Part shown: positions 1-9,206 of the stretch, one piece after another
Layout of the letters: each line of letters begins with the position of its first letter
Position numbering within the stretch: the stretch's first letter is position 1
DNA from: Candidatus Limnocylindria bacterium
Lineage (GTDB): Bacteria > Verrucomicrobiota > Verrucomicrobiia > Chthoniobacterales > UBA10450
Assembly (NCBI GenBank): GCA_035535575.1
Contig: DATLPS010000086.1
Location: forward strand, 13,156-77,155
DNA length: 64,000 nucleotides
Reading direction: 5' to 3'
Program-made: the position numbers and the translations under genes
The notes under the pieces: generated by a model
The model's database searches: none
Told to the model about the DNA's origin: nothing
Seen by the model: the letters and a program-made list of their open reading frames with translations, nothing else

Positions 1-1485
1 GTCGCGCTTCTGCTTTCCGTACTCCGGCGGTTTGCCAATGATCTCAATGCCGCGGGCTGCGTGCAACACGGGGACACCGGCCTTTGCGAATTCAAAACTA
101 TCGACCCGGTAGAAGCCGCCTTTTTCCGGTTCGCTGCTCGGTTTCATCACGCGGCCCTGCCGCGCAGCCGCCTCGCCCAATAAGTCATCCAAGGTTGAAT
201 TGCGGTTGGTGAGATCTTCGAGGTCGTGGGTTTTCCCCCAGGGATTGATACCGTCGATGTTGATGTCGGCGAGCGACTTCTCCAGCGGATACAGCGGGTG
301 CTCCGCGTAATATTTCGCGCCGAGCAATCCAGCTTCTTCGGCTGTAGTGTCCATGAACAACACCGACCGTTTTGGCGGCGGATTTAGTTTTTTAAACGCC
401 GCGGCGAGCTCAATAACCGACGCAACGCCCGACGCGTTATCGATTGCACCATTGAAAATCTGATCGCCCTGCAATTCGGGATGCCGCCCGAGATGGTCCC
501 AGTGCGCTGTGTAAATGACGTATTCGTCGCGCAATTTGGGATCGTCGCCTTCGAGTTTGCCGATGACATTGTGCGATTTGAACGCGCGAATCTGCTGTTT
601 GATGTCAATGTTCGCTTTGGCATTCAACCTCACCGGTCGGAATTCTTTCGTGATCGCAGGTTTCTTCAGCGCGTCGAAATCCTGCCCGGAATCGGCGACT
701 AATTTTTTCGCAACATCGAGCGTGACCCATGAACGCGCCGAGACCGCGTCCATGTTCTTGTTTGGATTATCAAGCTCGAAGTTTTCTTTGCCCCAGCTCG
801 ATCTGACCACCTGCCACGGATAAGCCGCCGGTTCCGTTTCGTGAATGATGATCGCTGCCGCCGCGCCTTTTTGCGCTGCGATTTCGTATTTATAGGTCCA
901 GCGGCCATAGTACGTCATCGCTTTTCCCTTAAACATTTTGTCGTCGAGTTTTGCTGGATCTTTTGGATCGGGAACCGGCGGATCACCGATCAGCATCAGC
1001 AATGTCTTGCCGCGCACATCGACATCTTTGTAATCGTCCCAGCTGTATTGCGGCGCGACGATTCCGTATCCGACAAAGACCACGTCTGATTTGTCGATCT
1101 TGATCTCCGGTTGAAGACGCGCCGAGGAAGCGACGAAATCATCCGGATATTTGAGGTCAATCGTTTTGTCGCCAATCATGAACGACATTCGTGGTTCGCT
1201 TTTGATCCCAGCCAGCGGAACTTCCTGCATATATGTGCCGTCGGGATTTCCCGGCCTTAATCCGATCTGTTTGAACTGATCGGCGATATACTTGACCGAA
1301 AGTTCTTCGCCTTTTGTTCCGGGCGCCCGCCCTTCGAATTCATCCGATGCGAGAACCTTGATGTGCGAGAGCAAACCGTCGGGCGTGATTGCCTCCAGCG
1401 CCGGCTGCAAACGCAACGCCAGTTCATCGGCTGCGAAAAGCGAAGTCGCACTGAAGCAAAGGATTACAGCGAATCGCCGTGCCAT
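1..1485 (-). CDS. M28 family zinc aminopeptidase with PA domain, secreted; the 3' end runs off the window
   Basis: Absent from the ORF track because no stop codon lies in the window. I translated the minus strand by hand from the ATG at 1485. It gives MARRFAVILCFSATSLFA (signal peptide), then YTAHWDHLG, GAIDNASGVASVIELA and TAEEAGLLGAKYY, the M28 metal-ligand motifs. The frame stays open through position 1 (495 codons). Confidence 0.8.
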   Translation of the reverse strand, partial: MARRFAVILCFSATSLFAADELALRLQPALEAITPDGLLSHIKVLASDEFEGRAPGTKGEELSVKYIADQFKQIGLRPGNPDGTYMQEVPLAGIKSEPRMSFMIGDKTIDLKYPDDFVASSARLQPEIKIDKSDVVFVGYGIVAPQYSWDDYKDVDVRGKTLLMLIGDPPVPDPKDPAKLDDKMFKGKAMTYYGRWTYKYEIAAQKGAAAAIIIHETEPAAYPWQVVRSSWGKENFELDNPNKNMDAVSARSWVTLDVAKKLVADSGQDFDALKKPAITKEFRPVRLNAKANIDIKQQIRAFKSHNVIGKLEGDDPKLRDEYVIYTAHWDHLGRHPELQGDQIFNGAIDNASGVASVIELAAAFKKLNPPPKRSVLFMDTTAEEAGLLGAKYYAEHPLYPLEKSLADINIDGINPWGKTHDLEDLTNRNSTLDDLLGEAAARQGRVMKPSSEPEKGGFYRVDSFEFAKAGVPVLHAARGIEIIGKPPEYGKQKRD

Positions 1486-1505
1486 TCTCCTCATACCCAG
1501 ACGTT

Positions 1506-1581
1506 GTAGCGGCGTTTGTGTCAAACGCCGAACACATTAACGGCATTTGGATGGGCGCTCGTCGCGGGCGAGTGCCTCTAC
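1506..1581. repeat. REP doublet (REPIN-like): a GTAG-headed hairpin plus an inverted partner ending in CTAC
   Basis: GTAGCGGCGTTTGTGTCAAACGCCG (1506-1530) has a perfect 8-bp stem CGGCGTTT/AAACGCCG with loop GTGTC. The inverted partner GGCGCTCGTCGCGGGCGAGTGCCTCTAC ends at 1581. It is intergenic, between two minus-strand peptidase genes. Confidence 0.6.
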
Positions 1582-1595
1582 AACTATCTGCCTTC

Positions 1596-3740
1596 CTATG
1601 ATGGCCCGGCTGGCGCTTTCTTTTTCTCCTCTGGGCCAATGCCGATCTTTTTCAGGAATGGCTGAACCGATTGTTTGCGCCCAAGGAATTTCTCGACGGA
1701 AACGTTTACATCACGAGAATCTCCCGGCTCGTAAATTTCACGGCGCAATTTCATGCCGGCTTGTTTATCGAGGTAGCCGTCCTTCGCTTTCTCAAAAACG
1801 GTCGCCATGTCGGCGGCGATCGCATCAGCCCAGGCATAGCCGTAGTAGCCAGCGTCATAACCGTTCAGATGCCCAAAGTAGGAGACGAACGTCGTGCTCG
1901 GATCGATTGGCAGAAAGACTTTTTCAAGGGTCGGATTCGAGATTGCCACGCAATCGTAACTCGCATCTTCCGGGTGCTGATCGTGCAGAGCGAGGTCGAG
2001 CGACGCAAATGCGAACTGACGCCGATAAAGAACACCGGCGTTTGCCAGCTTTGTGTCATTCATTTTCTTCACGATTTCCGCCGGAATCTTTTTTGATGAA
2101 TCCCGGTAATCAGCCGCAAACGTGTCGAGCACCTTCTTATCCCAAACCCAATTTTGTAACATCTGCGACGGCGCTTCGACGAAATCACCCGGGACATGCG
2201 TTCCGGCGAAGCGCCCGTACTTCGCGCGAGTAACAATCGAATGCAGAGCATGCCCGAATTCGTGGAACAAAGTCTCTACATCCTGGTGTGTCAGCAACGA
2301 GGGCTTATCGCCGGTCGCAGGCGGGAAATTGCAAAGTAATGCGACCGTGGGGCGCTGATATTTTCCATCGGGCAATAATTTGCCGCTGATAATGTCGAAC
2401 TGCGCGAAGTGATTAAATTTTCCTTCACGCGGGAACATGTCGAGGTAGAACATGCCGAGCGGTTCGCCAGTGGCGGAATCGGTCACCAAATAAAGCTGGA
2501 GATCATCGATCCATTTGTAAGGGGCAGCGATCTTTTCGAACTTCAGACCGAAAATGTTCTGGTAAATGTTAAACATTCCGTCGAGCGCCTTTTGGAATGG
2601 GAAATACACTCGCAACGCTTCCTTATCGATAGCGTATTTTTGTTTGTTGCGCTGGTTGCTGTAGTAGCGCCAGTCCCATACCTTGATCGGGGCGTTTGGA
2701 TCGTTCGTCTCAGCGGCTTTCAGTTTCTGTAACTCCGCGAGTTCACTATCGAATTTCGGCTGACTGCCGGTGACCAAATCATTGATGTATTTTTCCGCAT
2801 TCGCTCCGGTCTTCGCCATTTTGACTTCGGTCTGGTAGTCGTCCCACGATTTGTAACCGAGTCGCAGCGCGATTTTGTTGCGGAGCGTGAGCAATTGATT
2901 CAGAACAGGAATGTTTGTGTCTTTGGCGAGGGTCTCGCGAATGACATAAAGCTGCTTGCGTGTCGCTTCGCTCTTTGCGTTTTCCTCTACCGTGTTGAAT
3001 TGCCAGGTGACATTTGCCATCACTGTGTAGACATCATCTCCCGTTTTGATGCCCGGCGAGGCGAAGAAACTGTCGGGAAGGCCATCAAGATCGGCTTTTG
3101 TGAACATGACGGGCGCAGTGGCCTTCACGACGTTGCTGTCGAAGTCAGTCCCGAGTTTGGACAATTCCTTGCGCAGTTGTTCGACTTCCTTCCGCTGGTC
3201 GGGCGGTAACTCCAGGCCGGCACGCCGATAGTCGCGCAATGTTTCTCTTAGCAGCTTCTCGTCTTCGCCCGTGAGTTTCGGATGCGTATCCGCGAAAGCT
3301 TTGATCGCCTTGTAAACGTCCTCGCGATAATCAATCCCAACTGCCCAGTCTTGGAAAGCCTTTACCGCGTTCTCCCCCGCGCTGCGCATTGCGGGGTTGG
3401 TGTTTGTCTCCTTAATAATCGTAGCCTTGTTTGCGGCAAGTCCTGCCTGATAGGTGGCATCGTCCAGCGCGACCACGGTGCTTTTGAAAGTGACTTTGCT
3501 GAGATCCTGGCTTCCGATCTGATCCAGCGCCGCATTCGCCTTCGCGATTGCATGCTTCATCGAACCCTCGACTGCTTGCGGCGTCTGCTCCCAATCGGGA
3601 ATGGTTAGTACCGCGTTTGCCTTCGCCGCAGCGGCCCGAAAATCATCGACAGTCTTTTCGGCGGCTGAAGAATTTGATCTCGCAGCGAGAAGGATGAGCA
3701 ACACGCAAAGGAACGGGGATTTTATGAAACGGTTCGACAT
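1596..3740 (-). CDS. M3 family metallopeptidase (oligopeptidase / dipeptidyl-carboxypeptidase-like), secreted
   Basis: ORF 1596..3824 carries the zinc motif HEFGH in LFHEFGHALHS. I moved the start to the ATG at 3740 (MSNRFIKSPFLCVLLILLAARSNSSAAE, a signal peptide). The 28 upstream codons lie inside a CACAGAT repeat element. Confidence 0.85.
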   Translation of the reverse strand: MSNRFIKSPFLCVLLILLAARSNSSAAEKTVDDFRAAAAKANAVLTIPDWEQTPQAVEGSMKHAIAKANAALDQIGSQDLSKVTFKSTVVALDDATYQAGLAANKATIIKETNTNPAMRSAGENAVKAFQDWAVGIDYREDVYKAIKAFADTHPKLTGEDEKLLRETLRDYRRAGLELPPDQRKEVEQLRKELSKLGTDFDSNVVKATAPVMFTKADLDGLPDSFFASPGIKTGDDVYTVMANVTWQFNTVEENAKSEATRKQLYVIRETLAKDTNIPVLNQLLTLRNKIALRLGYKSWDDYQTEVKMAKTGANAEKYINDLVTGSQPKFDSELAELQKLKAAETNDPNAPIKVWDWRYYSNQRNKQKYAIDKEALRVYFPFQKALDGMFNIYQNIFGLKFEKIAAPYKWIDDLQLYLVTDSATGEPLGMFYLDMFPREGKFNHFAQFDIISGKLLPDGKYQRPTVALLCNFPPATGDKPSLLTHQDVETLFHEFGHALHSIVTRAKYGRFAGTHVPGDFVEAPSQMLQNWVWDKKVLDTFAADYRDSSKKIPAEIVKKMNDTKLANAGVLYRRQFAFASLDLALHDQHPEDASYDCVAISNPTLEKVFLPIDPSTTFVSYFGHLNGYDAGYYGYAWADAIAADMATVFEKAKDGYLDKQAGMKLRREIYEPGDSRDVNVSVEKFLGRKQSVQPFLKKIGIGPEEKKKAPAGPS

Positions 3741-3764
3741 AAGGGTGGAAAAGCTGAAGTGGGC

Positions 3765-3835
3765 CACAGATTTACACAGATTTCCACAAACAGCAGAAGG
3801 AATTTTGATGAATCTCTGTTTCATCTGTGTTCATC
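3765..3835. repeat. CACAGAT-motif element in a divergent promoter region
   Basis: CACAGATTT occurs at 3765 and 3775 as a direct repeat with 10-nt period. The inverted copy ATCTGTG lies within TCATCTGTGTTCATC at 3821-3835. The element sits between the M3 peptidase start (3740, minus strand) and the marC-family start (3867, plus strand). Confidence 0.4.
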
Positions 3836-3866
3836 TTTTACGACCTACGCTCCCGAACCTGCCACG

Positions 3867-4439
3867 ATGATCCAAAAATTCTTTGTCGCTTTTATCCCAA
3901 TCTTTGTTGCGATCGACCCAATCGGACTTGTCGCGATATTCATGGGTCTCGCCACGAATGCTTCGCACGAACAGCAGCGACGCCAGGGTTTCATCGGAAT
4001 TATCACCGCGCTTTGTATAGCCGTCGGGTTTATTTTTCTCGGTGAGCTTATTTTTGATGCGCTTGGAATCACGGATGCAGACTTTCAAGTTGCAGGCGGA
4101 CTGATTCTCCTCGGACTTGCTGGGCGCGAGTTGCTCAATGTCGGACCGTCCGGTCATGAAGGCAGCGACGACTTCGGAGTCGTGCCGCTTGGTATGCCAT
4201 TAATCGCCGGGCCGGCGTTGTTAACGGCACTCCTAATTCTCGTCGATACGGTAGGCCTGGTGTTCACGCTCGTCGCGCTGTTGGCCAATCTCGGTTTGGT
4301 TGCGTTGGCGTTCTGGAATGCAGACTGGTGCACGCGTTTGCTAGGCAGGCAAGGATTACGCGCCATATCGAAAATTGTCGCACTACTTCTTGCGGCGATC
4401 GCGGTCAGCCTCATCCGGCGCGGTTGGCAAGGAGCCTGA
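3867..4439 (+). CDS. MarC family (UPF0056) integral membrane protein
   Basis: ORF 3759..4439. I moved the start to the ATG at 3867 (MIQKFFVAFIPIFVAIDPIGLVAIFMGL), a typical MarC N-terminus. It has multiple hydrophobic segments. Confidence 0.75.
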   Translation: MIQKFFVAFIPIFVAIDPIGLVAIFMGLATNASHEQQRRQGFIGIITALCIAVGFIFLGELIFDALGITDADFQVAGGLILLGLAGRELLNVGPSGHEGSDDFGVVPLGMPLIAGPALLTALLILVDTVGLVFTLVALLANLGLVALAFWNADWCTRLLGRQGLRAISKIVALLLAAIAVSLIRRGWQGA

Positions 4440-4526
4440 CCGGTGGAGGCCGGCCCAGTCTTTTGGGAAAAGCGCTGGACTTCGACTGCGTCCCAGTCTC
4501 TCCAACTTCTACGGTTTGGCGCTCCG

Positions 4527-4928
4527 TTATAGACCTGTGTCGAAACGGCCGCCGGTGGCAATATGCCGTCGCACGCTAGGCCAGAATTCTTTCAGTTCCG
4601 CAGTCTGGTCACCGTGCTGATAACGCCAATTCAACTCAACTTCGATTGCCTTGGCCTCATCCTGGGCAGGCATCGGTTGCCCATGATAGATATAGGCAGG
4701 CACGCCTTCCCGAGTCTGAGTTAGCGTAGTCATCCCGTAGAGCTCGAGACGACGCTGCTGCAGTTGGGCAGTCGTCCAATTCCGATACGCAGGGCTACGG
4801 TGACCCCACACCTCGGCCGTGGTGGAATAACGCGAGTACGTGTAACCGGTCGTAACGGCTGGCGGTGCGTACTGCTCCGCGCAGCCAAGAAGGCTGGCGG
4901 CCAATCCTGCTAGAAATAATTGTTTCAT
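4527..4928 (-). CDS. hypothetical lipoprotein
   Basis: 133-aa ORF whose N-terminus MKQLFLAGLAASLLGCAEQ has a lipobox (LLGC). I recognised no family. Confidence 0.5.
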   Translation of the reverse strand: MKQLFLAGLAASLLGCAEQYAPPAVTTGYTYSRYSTTAEVWGHRSPAYRNWTTAQLQQRRLELYGMTTLTQTREGVPAYIYHGQPMPAQDEAKAIEVELNWRYQHGDQTAELKEFWPSVRRHIATGGRFDTGL

Positions 4929-5081
4929 ACGCTGATGTTTGTGATCTGCCCTATTGAACCACAGAAATTGCTCGCAGTCGCGCCTTTATTTGCGCTTCAC
5001 GCTGCAATATTCTAAATTCAGCGTGCTTAAATCCACAAGACGCAGCCAGATCGATTCAGACTTATACACGTCCGGAGATTC

Positions 5082-5109
5082 TTGACACGCCGGCGCCTCT
5101 TTTTACTAT
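5082..5109 (+). promoter_or_regulatory. candidate sigma70-type promoter of hpnH-shc
   Basis: TTGACA (5082-5087), a 16-nt spacer, then TACTAT (5104-5109). The -10 box ends 10 nt before the hpnH ATG at 5120, and no Shine-Dalgarno sequence is visible. This implies a very short or absent leader. Confidence 0.35.
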
Positions 5110-5119
5110 CCTCGCTCCC

Positions 5120-6421
5120 ATGAGATTTCCATTACCGCTCACAGCGAAAATCGCGGCCTACGTGATCGGGCATAAGCTGCGTGGTACGAAGAAATTCGCC
5201 ACCGTGCTTCAGCTCGAGCCGTTGCACACATGCAACCTAACATGCACGGGTTGCGGGCGGATTAGAGAGTATTCCACGTCGCTCAAGGACATGATGAGCC
5301 TCGAGGACTGCCTGGGGGCGGCAAAGGAATGCAGCGCGCCAATGGTCTCAATTTGCGGCGGCGAGCCGCTCATCTATCCGCACATCGAGGCGTTGGTGGA
5401 AGGATTGCTCGCGCAGAGGCGAATCGTTTACATCTGCACCAATGCCATGTTCATGCGCAAGAAAATGCGCGAATGGTTGGCGTCCGAATACCGGAAAGGC
5501 GATGCCAAAAAGCGGGCGGAGTTGGAAGAGAAGATCAAGGTCCTACAGTCGAAAAATCTGATCTCGGAAAAAGACGCTGCCGAGGTTCGGAAAGGCCCGA
5601 AAGATCCAGCGAAGCCGACGATTCCGCCGAGCAAATGGATGTATTGGAACGTGCACCTCGACGGTCTTGAGCGAACGCACGACCTGATCGTGGAGCGCGA
5701 GGGCGTGTTCAAGGAATGCGTTCTCGCCATCAAAATGGCGAAGGTGCTCGGATACCAGATCGCGACCAACACGACGGTCTATAAGGAAACCGATATGCAG
5801 GAGATCGAATGGATGTTCGATTATCTTTCCGATCTTGGCGTTGATGGCCATACCATCACTCCCGGTTACGATTATGACGCCGCCAAGAAAGACATGATCA
5901 AACGGCTCAGTTTGCGCCCGGAAAACTTCTTTCTTACGCGCGCCATGACGGTTCAGAAGTTCCGAAAAGTCGAGGAATGGATGAAACGGTACACATTTCT
6001 CGGAACGCCAGTGTATTTTGAGTTTCTGGCGGGCAAACGTGATTTGACGTGTTCAGCCTGGGCTATTCCGACTCGCAACATCCGCGGCTGGAAGGGACCC
6101 TGTTATTTGATGACGGACGGGCATTACTCAAGCTACGCCGAGCTGCTGGAGAAAACTGAATGGGACCGATATGGCGTTGTAAACGGCGTTGCTCGCGACA
6201 GCCGCTGCGAAAACTGCATGGTGCATTGCGGCTACGAACCGACGGCAACGTTGGGACTACAAGCCCAGCGCGGTGACACTTGGAAAACGATCAAATTCAA
6301 CTTTGGTGCGAAGCCCAAACCTGCTGGCCGAGGCAGTGAGGTGCTCGCTTTTAACGGTGTGAGTTCAGGAAACGGTCACATTACCGGCAAGCGGGCAGAA
6401 CCAACTGCGCAAGCCTCGTAA
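5120..6421 (+). CDS. hpnH: adenosyl-hopene transferase HpnH (radical SAM)
   Basis: The radical-SAM CxxxCxxC motif is present in HTCNLTCTGCGRIREY. The N-terminus MRFPLPLTAKIAAYVIGHKLRG is typical of HpnH. The gene lies immediately upstream of shc. Confidence 0.8.
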   Translation: MRFPLPLTAKIAAYVIGHKLRGTKKFATVLQLEPLHTCNLTCTGCGRIREYSTSLKDMMSLEDCLGAAKECSAPMVSICGGEPLIYPHIEALVEGLLAQRRIVYICTNAMFMRKKMREWLASEYRKGDAKKRAELEEKIKVLQSKNLISEKDAAEVRKGPKDPAKPTIPPSKWMYWNVHLDGLERTHDLIVEREGVFKECVLAIKMAKVLGYQIATNTTVYKETDMQEIEWMFDYLSDLGVDGHTITPGYDYDAAKKDMIKRLSLRPENFFLTRAMTVQKFRKVEEWMKRYTFLGTPVYFEFLAGKRDLTCSAWAIPTRNIRGWKGPCYLMTDGHYSSYAELLEKTEWDRYGVVNGVARDSRCENCMVHCGYEPTATLGLQAQRGDTWKTIKFNFGAKPKPAGRGSEVLAFNGVSSGNGHITGKRAEPTAQAS

Positions 6422-6430
6422 GAGACCCAG

Positions 6431-8431
6431 ATGCCGGAATCGTCCAGAGAGCTGATAGTACTGCCGAGCGCGCGACCGGAAATATCCGAAGCCTACTCGG
6501 CGGCGGACGAAGAGATTTCGCAGGCGATCACGCGCGCACAAGAGAACCTGCTGCGGCAGCAAAAACCCGATGGCCATTGGTGCGGCGAGCTGATTGTCGA
6601 TAGCACGCTCTGCTCGGATTACATCGTTTTCATGCACTGGTGCGGCGAAGTGGACGCTCAATTGCAGCGTCGCTGCGTCCGTCACATTCTCAAACGCCAA
6701 CTGACCGACGGTGGCTGGAACATTTATCATGGCGGCCCAAGCGAAATTAACGCATCGGTTAAAGCGTACTTTGCGCTGAAACTCGCCGGTTGCTCGGTGG
6801 ACGCGCCGTTCATGCGCGAGGCGCGTGCCAATATCATGCGTCGCGGAGGCATTCCGCAGATGAACACGTTTAGTAAGCTTTATCTGGCGCTTCTCGGTCA
6901 GTTCCCGTGGAAATATTTGCCCGCGATTCCAGTGGAGATGGTTTTCTTGCCGAGCTGGGCGCCATTTCACATTTATAAAATGTCGTCATGGAGCCGCGCC
7001 ATGCTCGTGCCGCTGGCCATCATCAATCATTTTAAACCGACGCGGATTTTGCCGGGTGAAAAGCAATTGCACGAGCTCTACCCCCTCGGCACCGAGCAAA
7101 GCGATTTGCGGTTGCCGCGGAGCGAGAAGTTCTGGACCTGGCGCAATTTCTTTCTGCGAGTAGACGACGTTTTCAAATTCATGCGGCCGCTTCGGATTTT
7201 GCCGCTGCGGCGGCGCGCCCTCGAAGCAGCGGAGCGGTGGATGCTTGAACGCATTGGTGAAGGCAGCGACGGCCTCGCGGCCGTGTATCCAGCGATGCTG
7301 AATTGCCTGATTGCTTTACGCGTGCTCGGCTATACCAAAGCAAATCCGGTTTACGCCAAGGCGGAAAAAGATTTCGCAGGCCTGTTTGTTGATGACCCGG
7401 AAGATTTTCGCGTTCAACCCTGTCTGTCTCCAGTTTGGGACAGTGCCATTAGCGTCATCTCGTTGGCGGAGTCTGGCGTCTCGCCCGAGCATCCCGCGTT
7501 GCAGAAATCTGCGGATTGGTTGATCGACAAGGAAGTTCGCATCCGTGGTGACTGGGCGGTAAACAATCCATATCCGGAAGCCAGCGGCTGGGCGTTCGAG
7601 TACAACAATATTTATTATCCAGACACCGACGACACAGCGATGGTGTTAATGGCGTTGCGACTGGTTCAACCAAAAGATCGTCAGTCGCTCAACGAACTCT
7701 TTCGTCGGGCGCTTGGCTGGCAGTTGAGCTTCCAATGTCGCGATGGCGGCTGGGGAGCTTTTGATAAAGATGTCACCACGCCATGGCTGGAAGACATGCC
7801 GTTTGCCGATCACAATGCGATTCTGGACCCCACCTGCAGCGATCTGACCGCGCGCACGCTTGAGCTGCTTGGTTACATTGGATTCGATCGCAATGCCAGG
7901 TGCGTCCGCGAGGCCATTCGGTATCTGATCGATACTCAAGATGACGACGGCTCGTGGTATGGCCGCTGGGGAGTAAATTACATTTACGGCACGTGGCAGG
8001 TGCTGCGAGGCCTGCGCGCAATCGGCGAAGATATGACTCAGGACTGGATATTGCGCGGCCGTGATTGGCTTGAGAGCTGTCAAAACAACGACGGCGGGTG
8101 GGGCGAGACCTGCGGGACTTACGAGAATCCATCGACCAAAGGCATAGGCGAGAGCACTGCATCACAAACATCGTGGGCGATCATGGGAATTTGTGCATGC
8201 GGCGATCTCGATCGGCCAAGCATTCAGCGAGGATTGCGCTATCTGCTTCGATCGCAAAAGTCCGACGGCTCTTGGGACGAAGACCAAATTACAGGCACGG
8301 GATTTCCGCGCACCTTCTATTTGAAGTACGACATGTATCGCCAGAATTTTCCGCTACTGGCGCTCGCAACTTACGTGAACTACAGCAACGATCTGGGCAC
8401 GCGCGCAGGCTTTTATCGCTGCGACACGTAG
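6431..8431 (+). CDS. shc: squalene-hopene cyclase
   Basis: 666 aa. The catalytic DxDDTA motif is present in YYPDTDDTAMVLMAL. There are several QW-type repeats (DGGW / DGSW). Confidence 0.9.
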   Translation: MPESSRELIVLPSARPEISEAYSAADEEISQAITRAQENLLRQQKPDGHWCGELIVDSTLCSDYIVFMHWCGEVDAQLQRRCVRHILKRQLTDGGWNIYHGGPSEINASVKAYFALKLAGCSVDAPFMREARANIMRRGGIPQMNTFSKLYLALLGQFPWKYLPAIPVEMVFLPSWAPFHIYKMSSWSRAMLVPLAIINHFKPTRILPGEKQLHELYPLGTEQSDLRLPRSEKFWTWRNFFLRVDDVFKFMRPLRILPLRRRALEAAERWMLERIGEGSDGLAAVYPAMLNCLIALRVLGYTKANPVYAKAEKDFAGLFVDDPEDFRVQPCLSPVWDSAISVISLAESGVSPEHPALQKSADWLIDKEVRIRGDWAVNNPYPEASGWAFEYNNIYYPDTDDTAMVLMALRLVQPKDRQSLNELFRRALGWQLSFQCRDGGWGAFDKDVTTPWLEDMPFADHNAILDPTCSDLTARTLELLGYIGFDRNARCVREAIRYLIDTQDDDGSWYGRWGVNYIYGTWQVLRGLRAIGEDMTQDWILRGRDWLESCQNNDGGWGETCGTYENPSTKGIGESTASQTSWAIMGICACGDLDRPSIQRGLRYLLRSQKSDGSWDEDQITGTGFPRTFYLKYDMYRQNFPLLALATYVNYSNDLGTRAGFYRCDT

Positions 8432-8455
8432 AGCGCGACCGCTGAGCGCGCCGCA
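8428..8455 (+). repeat. REP element, subfamily 2
   Basis: GTAGAGCGCGACCGCTGAGCGCGCCGCA. Its GTAG head overlaps the shc TAG stop codon (8429-8431). It matches 24 of 28 nt to the reverse complement of 21961-21988. Confidence 0.5.
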
Positions 8456-8517
8456 TCGATTCCGGTGCTAAAAATAAAACCTGCCCTACCACGTAGTTCG
8501 ATCTAACTATAAAGACT

Positions 8518-9117
8518 ATGGCTTACGAACTACCTAAATTACCTTACGGGTACGATGCTTTGGAACCGCATATCGATGCGCGCACGATGGAAATCCATTA
8601 CACCAAGCATCACCAGGCATACATCGACAACGTCAACAAGGCGATCAAAGGCAAAGCCGATCTGGAAAAGAAATCGGTGGAGGATTTGATCAGCGATCTC
8701 AAATCGGTACCGGAAGATATTCGCACAGTCGTGCGCAACAATGGCGGCGGCCACGCTAATCACTCCTTCTTTTGGAAAATCATGGGGCCTAATGCTGGCG
8801 GGGAACCGAAGGGCAAACTCGCCGACGACATCAAATCGACTTTCGGCAGCTTTGATGATTTCAAAGAGAAATTTGCCGCTGCCGGGGTAGGCCGATTTGG
8901 CAGTGGCTGGGCATGGCTGATCAAAAATAAGAACGGAAAGCTCGAAGTCATTTCGACGCCAAATCAAGACAGCCCGCTGATGGATGGCAACACGCCGATT
9001 CTTGGCGTCGATGTCTGGGAGCACGCCTACTATCTCAAATACCAAAATCGGCGAGCCGATTACCTTAAGGCTTGGTGGAACGTGGTGAATTGGGACGCGG
9101 TCGCAAAGAACTACTGA
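8518..9117 (+). CDS. Fe/Mn-type superoxide dismutase
   Basis: [35 protein letters not shown] and [19 protein letters not shown] are canonical Fe/Mn SOD signatures. Metal specificity cannot be called by eye. Confidence 0.9.
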   Translation: MAYELPKLPYGYDALEPHIDARTMEIHYTKHHQAYIDNVNKAIKGKADLEKKSVEDLISDLKSVPEDIRTVVRNNGGGHANHSFFWKIMGPNAGGEPKGKLADDIKSTFGSFDDFKEKFAAAGVGRFGSGWAWLIKNKNGKLEVISTPNQDSPLMDGNTPILGVDVWEHAYYLKYQNRRADYLKAWWNVVNWDAVAKNY

Positions 9118-9139
9118 TTGGCGCCTGGCGCGTTCTCGT

Positions 9140-9202
9140 GTAGCGGCGGTCTGCGACCGCCGCTAAACTTGTACGGATTCGGCGCAGGCGCCGTGCCGCT
9201 AC
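9140..9202. repeat. REP doublet (REPIN-like)
   Basis: GTAGCGGCGGTCTGCGACCGCCGC (GTAG at 9140, 9-bp perfect stem) is followed by GGCGCAGGCGCCGTGCCGCTAC ending at 9202. The reverse complement of the second half begins GTAGCGGC. It lies between the SOD stop and the dapL start. Confidence 0.55.
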
Positions 9203-9206
9203 AGAT

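Noticed and set aside
1547-2233. Long antisense or alternative-frame ORFs inside confident genes (1547..2233, 6365..6970, 7646..8083, 17899..18621, 20332..20994, 10548..11087, 37414..37920 and others)
   Set aside because: Each is embedded in a gene with strong family motifs on the other strand or in another frame. Their compositions are typical of shadow ORFs in GC-rich DNA.
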